Of a DNA stretch of 28,055 nucleotides, positions 8,666-16,443 are shown in pieces. The position numbers were made by a program, and so were the translations under genes. Position 1 is the stretch's first letter, and the number at the start of each line of letters is the position of its first letter. The stretch lies in IMG/VR virus record IMGVR_UViG_3300029859_000151, one strand, 5' to 3'. The notes under the pieces are model-generated. The model had not been told where the DNA came from and did not search any database. It was given only the letters and a program-made list of their open reading frames with translations. Origin of the DNA: a virus. Its lineage: Duplodnaviria; Heunggongvirae; Uroviricota; Caudoviricetes.

Positions 8666-8856
8666 AAAAATACGATAAAGACCACACTAAGTCATCCACA
8701 AGTAACAAAACCAGATACAGGGTTGTAAGCGATAGAAGAAGTTACGGCGTGTATCAAGATTTTGAATATGCTAAACAGTATTGTGGAGACTTGACTTTAC
8801 AAGCGAGTTGTTATGGTTCAAGTGAGTATTTTTGGATTGAAGAAGAGGGTGCATAA
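8650..8856 (+). CDS. Hypothetical protein, probably 5'-truncated at the junction
   Basis: The ATG lies within the permease remnant and has no RBS; the remainder is co-oriented with the downstream genes. Confidence 0.5.
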   Translation: MLKELEKYDKDHTKSSTSNKTRYRVVSDRRSYGVYQDFEYAKQYCGDLTLQASCYGSSEYFWIEEEGA

Positions 8857-8858
8857 AT

Positions 8859-9053
8859 ATGAAAGATATAGAATGTTGCGCAAACTGTAAATATTGTTTG
8901 GCATATCCTAAGAACAATAGTTATGGTGATATTGATTATTTATGCGCAATTAATGGATTTTTTCTTCATAGTATAACAAAGGAAAACGCAAAGTTAAAAC
9001 GGTATTCTCCCGGTGGGAAAGAATTGATTTGTAAGTTTGAGCAAAAAACTTAA
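8859..9053 (+). CDS. Small Cys-rich hypothetical protein
   Basis: CCANCKYC...C...C; RBS GAGGG. Confidence 0.7.
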   Translation: MKDIECCANCKYCLAYPKNNSYGDIDYLCAINGFFLHSITKENAKLKRYSPGGKELICKFEQKT

Positions 9054-9157
9054 AATATCAGCTTAGATACATGGGCTTAAGTAAAATGGGACGATTGAAA
9101 TATCGAAGTATCGTAGACTTGAATCAAGAGTTCCTTTTGATAATTGGAGGTAAAATA

Positions 9158-9418
9158 ATGGATGAATTAAGAACAACACCACATGATTTTATATGGAGAG
9201 TGAAAAATCCTCAAGATTATTGGGCAGATACATTAAAAGAAGTGAAGTATGATGTCTATTTAAACGGCAAAAGAAGAGGTGGTTTTATTGGAGTCAATAG
9301 AACATTTGACGATGATACGTATTATGTAAATTATTATGATGAAAACAATAATATTGCATATTGTACTGCCTACACAGATACAGAAATTATTTTGAAACGA
9401 GTGAACCGAAAGGAGTAA
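9158..9418 (+). CDS. Hypothetical protein
   Basis: Start reassigned to the ATG at 9158 (MDELRTT) preceded by GGAGG. Confidence 0.7.
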   Translation: MDELRTTPHDFIWRVKNPQDYWADTLKEVKYDVYLNGKRRGGFIGVNRTFDDDTYYVNYYDENNNIAYCTAYTDTEIILKRVNRKE

Positions 9419-9425
9419 TGATCTA

Positions 9426-9734
9426 ATGAAGATAACAGGAATAATTCGTAGAGTTGATGATTTTGGCCGAATAGTAATTCCAAAGGAAATTAGAAGGCAG
9501 GTGTTTGGGAAAACAGACGCATCTGGTGAGCCAATGGAAATATTTATTGACGGAGAAAATATTGTACTCCGAAGATATGAGGAAATGCAAACATGTAAAT
9601 GGATAAAATATGATTATAGAACGATTTGTCCTAAAGAGCACGATGCGAACAATCCATATTGGAGAATACCTGAAAATATGGATAAATTAAAATATTGTCC
9701 TTATTGTGGTAAAGAAATAATTATTGAGGATTAA
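9426..9734 (+). CDS. AbrB/SpoVT-type DNA-binding domain fused to a C-terminal Zn ribbon
   Basis: MK.TGIIRRVDDFGRIVIPKEIRR...EPMEIFIDGENIVLRRY (AbrB) followed by C.W...C...YCPYCGKEI. Confidence 0.85.
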   Translation: MKITGIIRRVDDFGRIVIPKEIRRQVFGKTDASGEPMEIFIDGENIVLRRYEEMQTCKWIKYDYRTICPKEHDANNPYWRIPENMDKLKYCPYCGKEIIIED

Positions 9735-9772
9735 CACGAAATGATGATTTACTAAGAAAGTGAGGAAATAAT

Positions 9773-10069
9773 ATGGTAAGAAAAGTTAACAATAGATTAT
9801 ATAAAATCAATACATATGCTTCTGCACACATTATTGAAATAGATGACAATTATGATGAAGAAGTACAGAAGTTAAGAAAAGAAATTCAGCTTGACAGTCT
9901 TGGATACAAATTAAATTTACTTGTATATCTTGCCACATTAACGGTACAAGGCTATGCGATTTTAAGCGTAACGGAATTTAACATTGATGGAAGTAAACCT
10001 AGAGTTGCTTATGCAAGTAACAAGGATTTTAAAAAGATTGTTAAGTATTATTCTAAGATGAAAGCATAG
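9773..10069 (+). CDS. Hypothetical protein
   Basis: 98-aa ORF, RBS GAGG. Confidence 0.75.
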   Translation: MVRKVNNRLYKINTYASAHIIEIDDNYDEEVQKLRKEIQLDSLGYKLNLLVYLATLTVQGYAILSVTEFNIDGSKPRVAYASNKDFKKIVKYYSKMKA

Positions 10070-10137
10070 GAAACGGAAATTTTCTATTCTCGTAGAAATC
10101 AAACAACAATAATTAAAAGAAAAGTGGAGGCGTTGCT

Positions 10138-10392
10138 ATGACAAGAGAAAGAGAAGTCGAACTATTAATGATGGACAGATGTACAAAATCGGAAGCCGAG
10201 AAGCATTTGAAAGACGGCTCTACAGTATTTGAAGATTTTGAAGAAAACATTGAAAATTATCTTAATGAATGGAATATTGGAGAAAGCGATAAAGATGAAT
10301 ATCGTAAAATGGTAATGAATAAGATCCCCGTAAGAGATTGGGGAATTGTAGAAGATAACGGAAAAACATATTATATTATGTATGCATTGTAA
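10138..10392 (+). CDS. Small acidic hypothetical protein
   Basis: 84-aa ORF, RBS GGAGG, D/E-rich. Confidence 0.75.
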   Translation: MTREREVELLMMDRCTKSEAEKHLKDGSTVFEDFEENIENYLNEWNIGESDKDEYRKMVMNKIPVRDWGIVEDNGKTYYIMYAL

Positions 10393-10412
10393 ATAAAGGC
10401 GAGCATATAAAT

Positions 10413-10442
10413 AAAAGAGGTTGGGATGTCCAACCTCTTTTC
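10413..10442 (+). terminator. Intrinsic terminator
   Basis: AAAAGAGGTTGG/CCAACCTCTTTT 12-bp stem. Confidence 0.85.
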
Positions 10443-10580
10443 TTATCCGAAGTGTTTACTTTTTGCCCGATACATATATAATATATAATTTTTAAAGTGA
10501 TTTTTTAAAGTGATTTACGCTACTTTTTTATTTTTATACGCCCTTCAGTGATTCTGTCTGTTTCTCTTATTTTTCAAAGA

Positions 10581-10598
10581 TCTGACATATTAAGTATA
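10581..10598 (+). promoter_or_regulatory. Conserved upstream motif, copy 1
   Basis: TCTGACATATTAAGTATA, 119 nt before the ATG at 10700. Confidence 0.8.
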
Positions 10599-10699
10599 AA
10601 TTTAAAAACAAAGGTGAAAGGAGCTTATCACAAAATAATATTTTTAAAAAATAAGTGAGAGTTTCCTTTAGGATAATGAGAATAAGGATGGTGACATAA

Positions 10700-11515
10700 A
10701 TGAAATATACATGTTATGATTGGTATGGAAATAAGAAAGTAGACAATATTGATAACTTAAAAGATGCAGTAAGAGAAGCACTAAAATTAGATTGTGAAGT
10801 TCATGATGAAAACGGAGACATCATCTATTCAAAATGGGATGGTTGGAATGGAGATTACCCAGAAATTGAAAAAAGATGGTTTTCTGTAGCTGAGATGCAA
10901 ATGGTCAGTAAGGCAAAGGACTTTATTGAAAAGACAGGAATGTTATCCGAATGGCGTAAGTTAAAGAGCGATCAATTTTTAAAATGGGCAGATGAACCCG
11001 AATGGCGGAGTAATAATAGATGGAGTGTGGTTTACGATTGGGTAAATGACGGAAGATTTGCTGATGTTGATGCTCCGATAGATATTATTGATTGTCTTGT
11101 TGAAGAATGGGAAGAAACGATGGGATTAAAGAAAAGCGCTTATAATATGCAAAGTTTTACACATATGTTAAACATCAAAGAGGAGCTGCTTGATTTAGCG
11201 AATGACATTGAGAAACAATATTCAGAAATGAGAAATGAATGTTACGAAGAATTTTTTGAATTAAAAAAATCTACCTCTGATGAAGAAGAAAAGATGCGCT
11301 TATATTTTGAAAAAATTTCAAGTGACTATAAAACGCGGATTAAGTGGATTAAAAAGAAATTGCCATTAGGAATCACAAAATTTTATAACATTTCCAGTAC
11401 AACAATGTTTTTGAAAGATAGAATTATTTTCATTGGAGTTAATTTCAACAAAGCCGATAGACCAAATTGCTATATTGAAATCACCATAAACGATATTGAA
11501 AACATCAAAGAATAG
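10700..11515 (+). CDS. Hypothetical protein (Trp-rich acidic N-half)
   Basis: 271-aa ORF, first gene after motif copy 1; no family recognised. Confidence 0.75.
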   Translation: MKYTCYDWYGNKKVDNIDNLKDAVREALKLDCEVHDENGDIIYSKWDGWNGDYPEIEKRWFSVAEMQMVSKAKDFIEKTGMLSEWRKLKSDQFLKWADEPEWRSNNRWSVVYDWVNDGRFADVDAPIDIIDCLVEEWEETMGLKKSAYNMQSFTHMLNIKEELLDLANDIEKQYSEMRNECYEEFFELKKSTSDEEEKMRLYFEKISSDYKTRIKWIKKKLPLGITKFYNISSTTMFLKDRIIFIGVNFNKADRPNCYIEITINDIENIKE

Positions 11516-11538
11516 AAAGAGTGAAAAGGAGACAAAAA

Positions 11539-11979
11539 ATGAAAAAAGTACTTATTTTAACTGAAAAAAGAAGTGTCAATAGTCATATTTCAAAAGCATT
11601 AAAAAATGTATCAGATGACATTACTATTACTGAAATTGGTGGGCATATTTATACAACAGATGAGCCTTTTGTTGTCCCTTATTGTGAAATGAAATCGCTT
11701 AAAGCGCTTATGTTAAAAAATTATGAAAAAGGATATATCCGTGGAGAACCTCTCATAAAAGAAAATATTAAAAAAATTGAAAGAATGTTAAGTGAAAATA
11801 ATTTTGATATTATCGTAAATGCCTGTGATAATGATAAAAACGGCAAAGCGTTGTTTTCGTTCGCCTGCGATTTATTAAATATTTCAGAACAAGATACCGT
11901 TAGTATAGAATTATCGGATTTGCAGGAAAATTATATCTATAATCAATATTTAAATGTTTGTGCATTGAAAGAAGGATAA
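11539..11979 (+). CDS. Stand-alone TOPRIM domain of type IA topoisomerase (TopB-like)
   Basis: MKKVLILTEK.SV...I..AL, GHI and IVNACDND motifs; ends after ~146 aa with no catalytic Tyr domain; RBS AAGGAG. Confidence 0.75.
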   Translation: MKKVLILTEKRSVNSHISKALKNVSDDITITEIGGHIYTTDEPFVVPYCEMKSLKALMLKNYEKGYIRGEPLIKENIKKIERMLSENNFDIIVNACDNDKNGKALFSFACDLLNISEQDTVSIELSDLQENYIYNQYLNVCALKEG

Positions 11980-12010
11980 AAACATTTACATAAAATAAAG
12001 GAGATAAAAA

Positions 12011-12238
12011 ATGATAGGATTTTCAAAAATGGCATATGATGCACTTGCAGAAGGACCGAGTGGCAGAATACCTTCAAATCCTAAAATCATGTGGAAGAAA
12101 AGTAAGTTGGCGACAATTTGGGTGTTTTTATGTTTCACTATAGAGATTCCGCTGACATTATTAAAATATGTTACTATGGCAATATGTTTCATTCCTCATG
12201 CAATATATGAAGCGCTGGACTCTACTGTGAAATTTTAA
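12011..12238 (+). CDS. Small membrane protein
   Basis: RBS AAGGAG; hydrophobic C-terminal half. Confidence 0.65.
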   Translation: MIGFSKMAYDALAEGPSGRIPSNPKIMWKKSKLATIWVFLCFTIEIPLTLLKYVTMAICFIPHAIYEALDSTVKF

Positions 12239-12310
12239 ATTTCACAAACATAATTTGTGGCAATTGTTATAGGCTGGCGAAGTCATTAGACAATTAACAT
12301 TTCAAAAACA

Positions 12311-12341
12311 AAAGAACTAATCGAAAGATTGGTTCTTTTTT
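12311..12341 (+). terminator. Intrinsic terminator
   Basis: AAAGAACTAATC-GAAA-GATTGGTTCTTT with T-run. Confidence 0.8.
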
Positions 12342-12447
12342 GTATTCATAAAATGTATTCATAAAATGAACTGTAGAAATATATGGCTTGTCATTGACTA
12401 TGTTGTGGTTAAAGGAAAGCCAGCTTTTTACGCTCATTTTCTAATTT

Positions 12448-12465
12448 TCTGACATATTGAATATG
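12448..12465 (+). promoter_or_regulatory. Conserved upstream motif, copy 2
   Basis: TCTGACATATTGAATATG, 49 nt before the ATG at 12497. Confidence 0.8.
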
Positions 12466-12496
12466 GAATTCACAAATTAAGAAAAGAGGAGCAAAA

Positions 12497-12970
12497 ATGA
12501 GACTTACGAAATATACTGTTGAATTTGACGAATCAAGAAAGCCAATGTTGGCAAAAGAGAGATCATTCAATTATTCAGCCGCAGAACAATTAAATACTCC
12601 AGAGAGAATAGTTGAATTAATAATTGATACTTTCCGGGCAGACAAACAAGTGGAAGAACATGTCTGGCTTTTAGCATTAAATGGGAAGCTAAAACCAGTT
12701 GGTATCTTTGAGGTCAGTCATGGCTCAGGCGGAACATCCGTTTGTGGAATGAGAGAAATTTTCATGCGATTGTGTTTATGCGGAGCATCGGCATTTGTTG
12801 TTGCCCACAATCATCCGACTGGAGATTGTTTCCCTTCAGAAGAAGATAGGCAGACAACAGAGACTTTAAAAAATGCCGCAGAGCTTATGCAGATAAAGTT
12901 TCTGGATCACATTATTATTGGAGCCGGAGAATTCTATTCATTTACAGAGAATAAAAACAATACAAAATAA
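12497..12970 (+). CDS. RadC-like JAB domain protein
   Basis: EE.VWLLAL...K..G.FEVS.G...REIF...A..FVVAHNHPTGDCFPSEED...I.FLDHIIIG (HxHx10D JAB motif). Confidence 0.92.
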   Translation: MRLTKYTVEFDESRKPMLAKERSFNYSAAEQLNTPERIVELIIDTFRADKQVEEHVWLLALNGKLKPVGIFEVSHGSGGTSVCGMREIFMRLCLCGASAFVVAHNHPTGDCFPSEEDRQTTETLKNAAELMQIKFLDHIIIGAGEFYSFTENKNNTK

Positions 12971-12996
12971 AATGCAAAATAATCAGGAGGCAAGAT

Positions 12997-13452
12997 ATGA
13001 TCGAGTGTATAAAAGCTATTGCAAAGAGCACGGCAGATAATACAATGCCCGTATATACAGATTCAAGAAGTATTAAAAATAAGATTTATGAGGAATACCG
13101 AAAGAATGATACTGAGCTAAATTCTTTGTTTTTTGATTTCCAAGTAAAAATGCCAGAAAAGGAGTTGTTAAAAATCTATTCTGAGGTCGTACATGTAATT
13201 GATGGTGATGACGTCATGAAGCTAGAAGATGTTAAAATTCAGTCAAGTGATTTTTCAACAAACACAATTATTGGCAGAAAAATGGATTTGATACCGGAAG
13301 GACAGTATGAAGAAATTTACGAAGGGAGTTTTAAAGATTTTTTGGAAAGCTTCAACAACAGAGAAAAAGAGACAGGCATATACCGAATAACTTTAATTGC
13401 AGAGAATGCATTAAAAATTGTCAGCGGGTATAAACTTGATTTCGTGTGGTAA
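12997..13452 (+). CDS. Hypothetical protein
   Basis: 151-aa ORF, RBS AGGAGG. Confidence 0.75.
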   Translation: MIECIKAIAKSTADNTMPVYTDSRSIKNKIYEEYRKNDTELNSLFFDFQVKMPEKELLKIYSEVVHVIDGDDVMKLEDVKIQSSDFSTNTIIGRKMDLIPEGQYEEIYEGSFKDFLESFNNREKETGIYRITLIAENALKIVSGYKLDFVW

Positions 13453-13573
13453 GGGAAGAAATTATCAAAAAAAGAAGCAAGAGGAGGCGAGTAAATTGCG
13501 GCATAGAAATGGTCACAAGAATCTCGTCTTTTCTTTTGCAATAAAATCTCAAATTCCAAATTTTAAATAAAAA

Positions 13574-13591
13574 TCTGACATATTAAAAATA
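13574..13591 (+). promoter_or_regulatory. Conserved upstream motif, copy 3
   Basis: TCTGACATATTAAAAATA, 52 nt before the ATG at 13626. Confidence 0.8.
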
Positions 13592-13625
13592 AAGTATAAA
13601 AAAGCAAAAAGAAAGGATAAAAGGA

Positions 13626-15485
13626 ATGCAAATGCAAGTAGTCAAAACAACAGCTGTAACAGTTGATTCCAAAAGGGAAGATAGCAAAAACACGATAAAG
13701 GACAAGGGTCTTGCAAAAAAGATTACTTTATTTGTAATCGCAGCAATATCTATTGTCAGTATTGTGTTTTTATTTTTTACGACATGGATATTTAAAGATC
13801 TGGATACATACATGAAAGAAGTTGTGTATAATGCAACCCTCGAAAGTTATAAGGCAGAAATTAAATCTGAAGTTCAAAGCGCTTTAGCAATCATTAATGG
13901 ATATTACAGCCAATATGAAGCTGGAGAAATTGATGAAATGACTGCTAAAAAGAATGCAATGGAAACAATCCGGAACATTCGTTATGGAGATGATGATTCT
14001 GGATATCTATGGATTGATGATACGAATTATAATTTAGTCATGCACCCTATTTTACCTGAACAGGAGGGAACAAATAGAAAAGAACTGACCGATCAAAACG
14101 GGGTAAAAATCATTCAGGAAATTGTGAAAACTGCAAAAGCGGGTGGATATAATGAATTTTATTTTACTAAAGCTGATGGCAAAACGATTGCTCCTAAAAT
14201 CGCATATAGCAAGGAATATTCTAAATGGGGATGGATTATTACTACAGGAATTTATACGGACGAAATTCAGCAGCTCGTTGATGATTCGGCAGGCATTACT
14301 AGAATAAATAATATTTTTAATCGTTCATCTTTATTTATGATTGCAATTGGAATTGCCCTTACACTAGTGATGTCAATTGTTACTTATTTTTTAGTGAAAC
14401 AGTTGGTTAAAGTTTTGAACACTGTAAAAAACCAATTGACTTTACTTGCCAATGGTGATTTAACATGTGAAATTCAGGGGAAGATGACAAAACGTCCGGA
14501 TGAAGTAGGCGCAATGGTTCGCAGTATTAATGCGGTTGTAAATTCTTTTAAAAACAGCATTAATACGGTTAAGAATACTTCTGATATGGTTAATGAAAAT
14601 AGTGACAATATCACAAATATGGCAACCAGCGCAGTAGACGCAACAAATCAGGTTGCCAGCGCAATTGAGAATGTTGCAACAGAAGCAACAGAACAGGCTT
14701 CTGCGGTTGAAATTATGGCTAAAAATGTAGAAGATCTTACTTCTTCAAATAAAGAAGTTACTTCAGCTGTAGCAGAAATCAGCCAACATATTAAGGAGCT
14801 TGAGATAAATTCAAAATTAATGAAAGAAAAAGTTAATTTAATGTCTGATGAAAGTCAATCAATGGATGAGAATGTACAGGCGATCCAAAAGAAAATCGAA
14901 GAAACGAATGATAGCATTCAAAAAATGCAATCTATTATTGGAAGTATCGACAATATTGCGTCAGAGACAAATCTGCTGGCCTTAAATGCTTCGATTGAGG
15001 CCGCTCATGCCGGTGACGCCGGAAAAGGATTTGCTGTTGTGGCTGCAAATATTAAACAGTTATCAGAAGGCACTTCTAAAGAATTGGGCAATATAAAAAC
15101 TATTATTGAAACCTTAGTCGCTGATTTTGAAGAATGCAAAAAATGCATCGAACAAGTAGTTAAAAGTAATTTGGATAACAATGAGGCAACTCAAAATGTT
15201 ATTAAATCTTTTAGAATTATCGATGATGGCGTGGCAGTTTCAAATGAAAAATTGATCCAGATCCAGCAGTCGAGCGACATGATGATTGGAAATATCAAGA
15301 ATCTGAATGAACAGGTTCATAACATTGAACACGGAGCAGAAGGCAATGCAGCGGCAACAGAAGAAATAAACGCAAGCGCGGAAGAATTAGCAGCCTTATT
15401 ATCAAGCATTGATGAAAATTGCAGTAACATGTCTAATAATATGAAGACACTAATGGATGATTTGGAAAAGTTCACAACTGAATAG
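13626..15485 (+). CDS. Methyl-accepting chemotaxis protein with Cache sensor domain
   Basis: Two TM segments flanking RYG...GYLWI...VMHP...D.NG...W.WII.TGIY.D (Cache_2-type), HAMP (GDLT...DEVG), signalling tip [30 protein letters not shown]. Confidence 0.95.
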   Translation: MQMQVVKTTAVTVDSKREDSKNTIKDKGLAKKITLFVIAAISIVSIVFLFFTTWIFKDLDTYMKEVVYNATLESYKAEIKSEVQSALAIINGYYSQYEAGEIDEMTAKKNAMETIRNIRYGDDDSGYLWIDDTNYNLVMHPILPEQEGTNRKELTDQNGVKIIQEIVKTAKAGGYNEFYFTKADGKTIAPKIAYSKEYSKWGWIITTGIYTDEIQQLVDDSAGITRINNIFNRSSLFMIAIGIALTLVMSIVTYFLVKQLVKVLNTVKNQLTLLANGDLTCEIQGKMTKRPDEVGAMVRSINAVVNSFKNSINTVKNTSDMVNENSDNITNMATSAVDATNQVASAIENVATEATEQASAVEIMAKNVEDLTSSNKEVTSAVAEISQHIKELEINSKLMKEKVNLMSDESQSMDENVQAIQKKIEETNDSIQKMQSIIGSIDNIASETNLLALNASIEAAHAGDAGKGFAVVAANIKQLSEGTSKELGNIKTIIETLVADFEECKKCIEQVVKSNLDNNEATQNVIKSFRIIDDGVAVSNEKLIQIQQSSDMMIGNIKNLNEQVHNIEHGAEGNAAATEEINASAEELAALLSSIDENCSNMSNNMKTLMDDLEKFTTE

Positions 15486-15513
15486 CATACATGTGAGGAG
15501 TATGCAAATTTGA

Positions 15514-15545
15514 TAGGCTTGTAGTTCACTGCAAGCCTATTTTTT
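15514..15545 (+). terminator. Intrinsic terminator
   Basis: ATAGGCTTGTAG/CTGCAAGCCTAT stem followed by a T-run. Confidence 0.85.
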
Positions 15546-15559
15546 ATTTATTCTACTTT

Positions 15560-15577
15560 TCTGACATATTAAATATA
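15560..15577 (+). promoter_or_regulatory. Conserved upstream motif, copy 4
   Basis: TCTGACATATTAAATATA, 47 nt before the ATG at 15607. Confidence 0.8.
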
Positions 15578-15606
15578 GATTTTAAACATGAAAAAAGGAG
15601 AATTTT

Positions 15607-16416
15607 ATGCAAAAAACGTATTTAATGGTTAATAAGGATGAATTATTTGCTGTGCTTGTTTGCAATAAGAAAACGGGAACATCCGTTTATAAAAACATCG
15701 GAAATAAAGATAGCCTAATTGCATTCATTGTTCAACATTTAAATGGATTTAATTCTTTTGATAACTTCCTTCTGAAACGAGATTATCAAATTGCAAAAAC
15801 ACAAGGAGAAGATTTAGGGAAGAAATTTGACCGTTGGTTAAGGGCAGAAAAATTTGATCTATATTATTTACATGATGCTTTTTTATATGGTACAAAAAAC
15901 ATTTTCTTCTCGCAAGCTTATTTTGTACCGCGAACAAATAACCTTGAGTATAGTATTACGTTTTACACTTTAGCAGGAAGGACAATTGATATTCGCAATT
16001 ATATTGATGATGTAAGGGCGTTTATTGTTGCCGGAAAGTTGTTTGATGAACCTACGCAAACTATGCAAAAGAAAAAATGCAGCCAAATCCGACGTTCGCA
16101 CACAACTTATTCTTGTTCAAGAAGGAACCTTAAGAACATTTCTTTACAAAAAGAAATTTGTGAAGAGGAAGGCTTACATTTTCGAAATAAAGCTTTTGAT
16201 AAGGAAACACGACCAAGAAAGGGTCATCATAGTACAGGATGGAAAGATCATAAATATGCTAAGCAATGGGAGCATAATTTACAAAATAGAAAAGTTGAAG
16301 TTTGCTCACCGCGAATGTATTGGAAAGAAATTTCTATGCAAAGAGAAGATGTGCTTAACAAGCTGATGAAATTGGAAGATAACCTTTCTTTCGAAAACGA
16401 TAAAATGAATTTGTGA
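15607..16416 (+). CDS. Hypothetical protein with basic C-terminal region
   Basis: 269-aa ORF, RBS AAGGAG; C-terminal GWKDHKYAKQWEH segment; no family recognised. Confidence 0.75.
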   Translation: MQKTYLMVNKDELFAVLVCNKKTGTSVYKNIGNKDSLIAFIVQHLNGFNSFDNFLLKRDYQIAKTQGEDLGKKFDRWLRAEKFDLYYLHDAFLYGTKNIFFSQAYFVPRTNNLEYSITFYTLAGRTIDIRNYIDDVRAFIVAGKLFDEPTQTMQKKKCSQIRRSHTTYSCSRRNLKNISLQKEICEEEGLHFRNKAFDKETRPRKGHHSTGWKDHKYAKQWEHNLQNRKVEVCSPRMYWKEISMQREDVLNKLMKLEDNLSFENDKMNL

Positions 16417-16443
16417 AAAGGAAACAATTGGAAAGGAAAATAA

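Noticed and set aside
12151..12170. Motif-like GCTGACATTATTAAAATATG
   Set aside because: Inside a coding region and needs an insertion to align; not counted as a copy.
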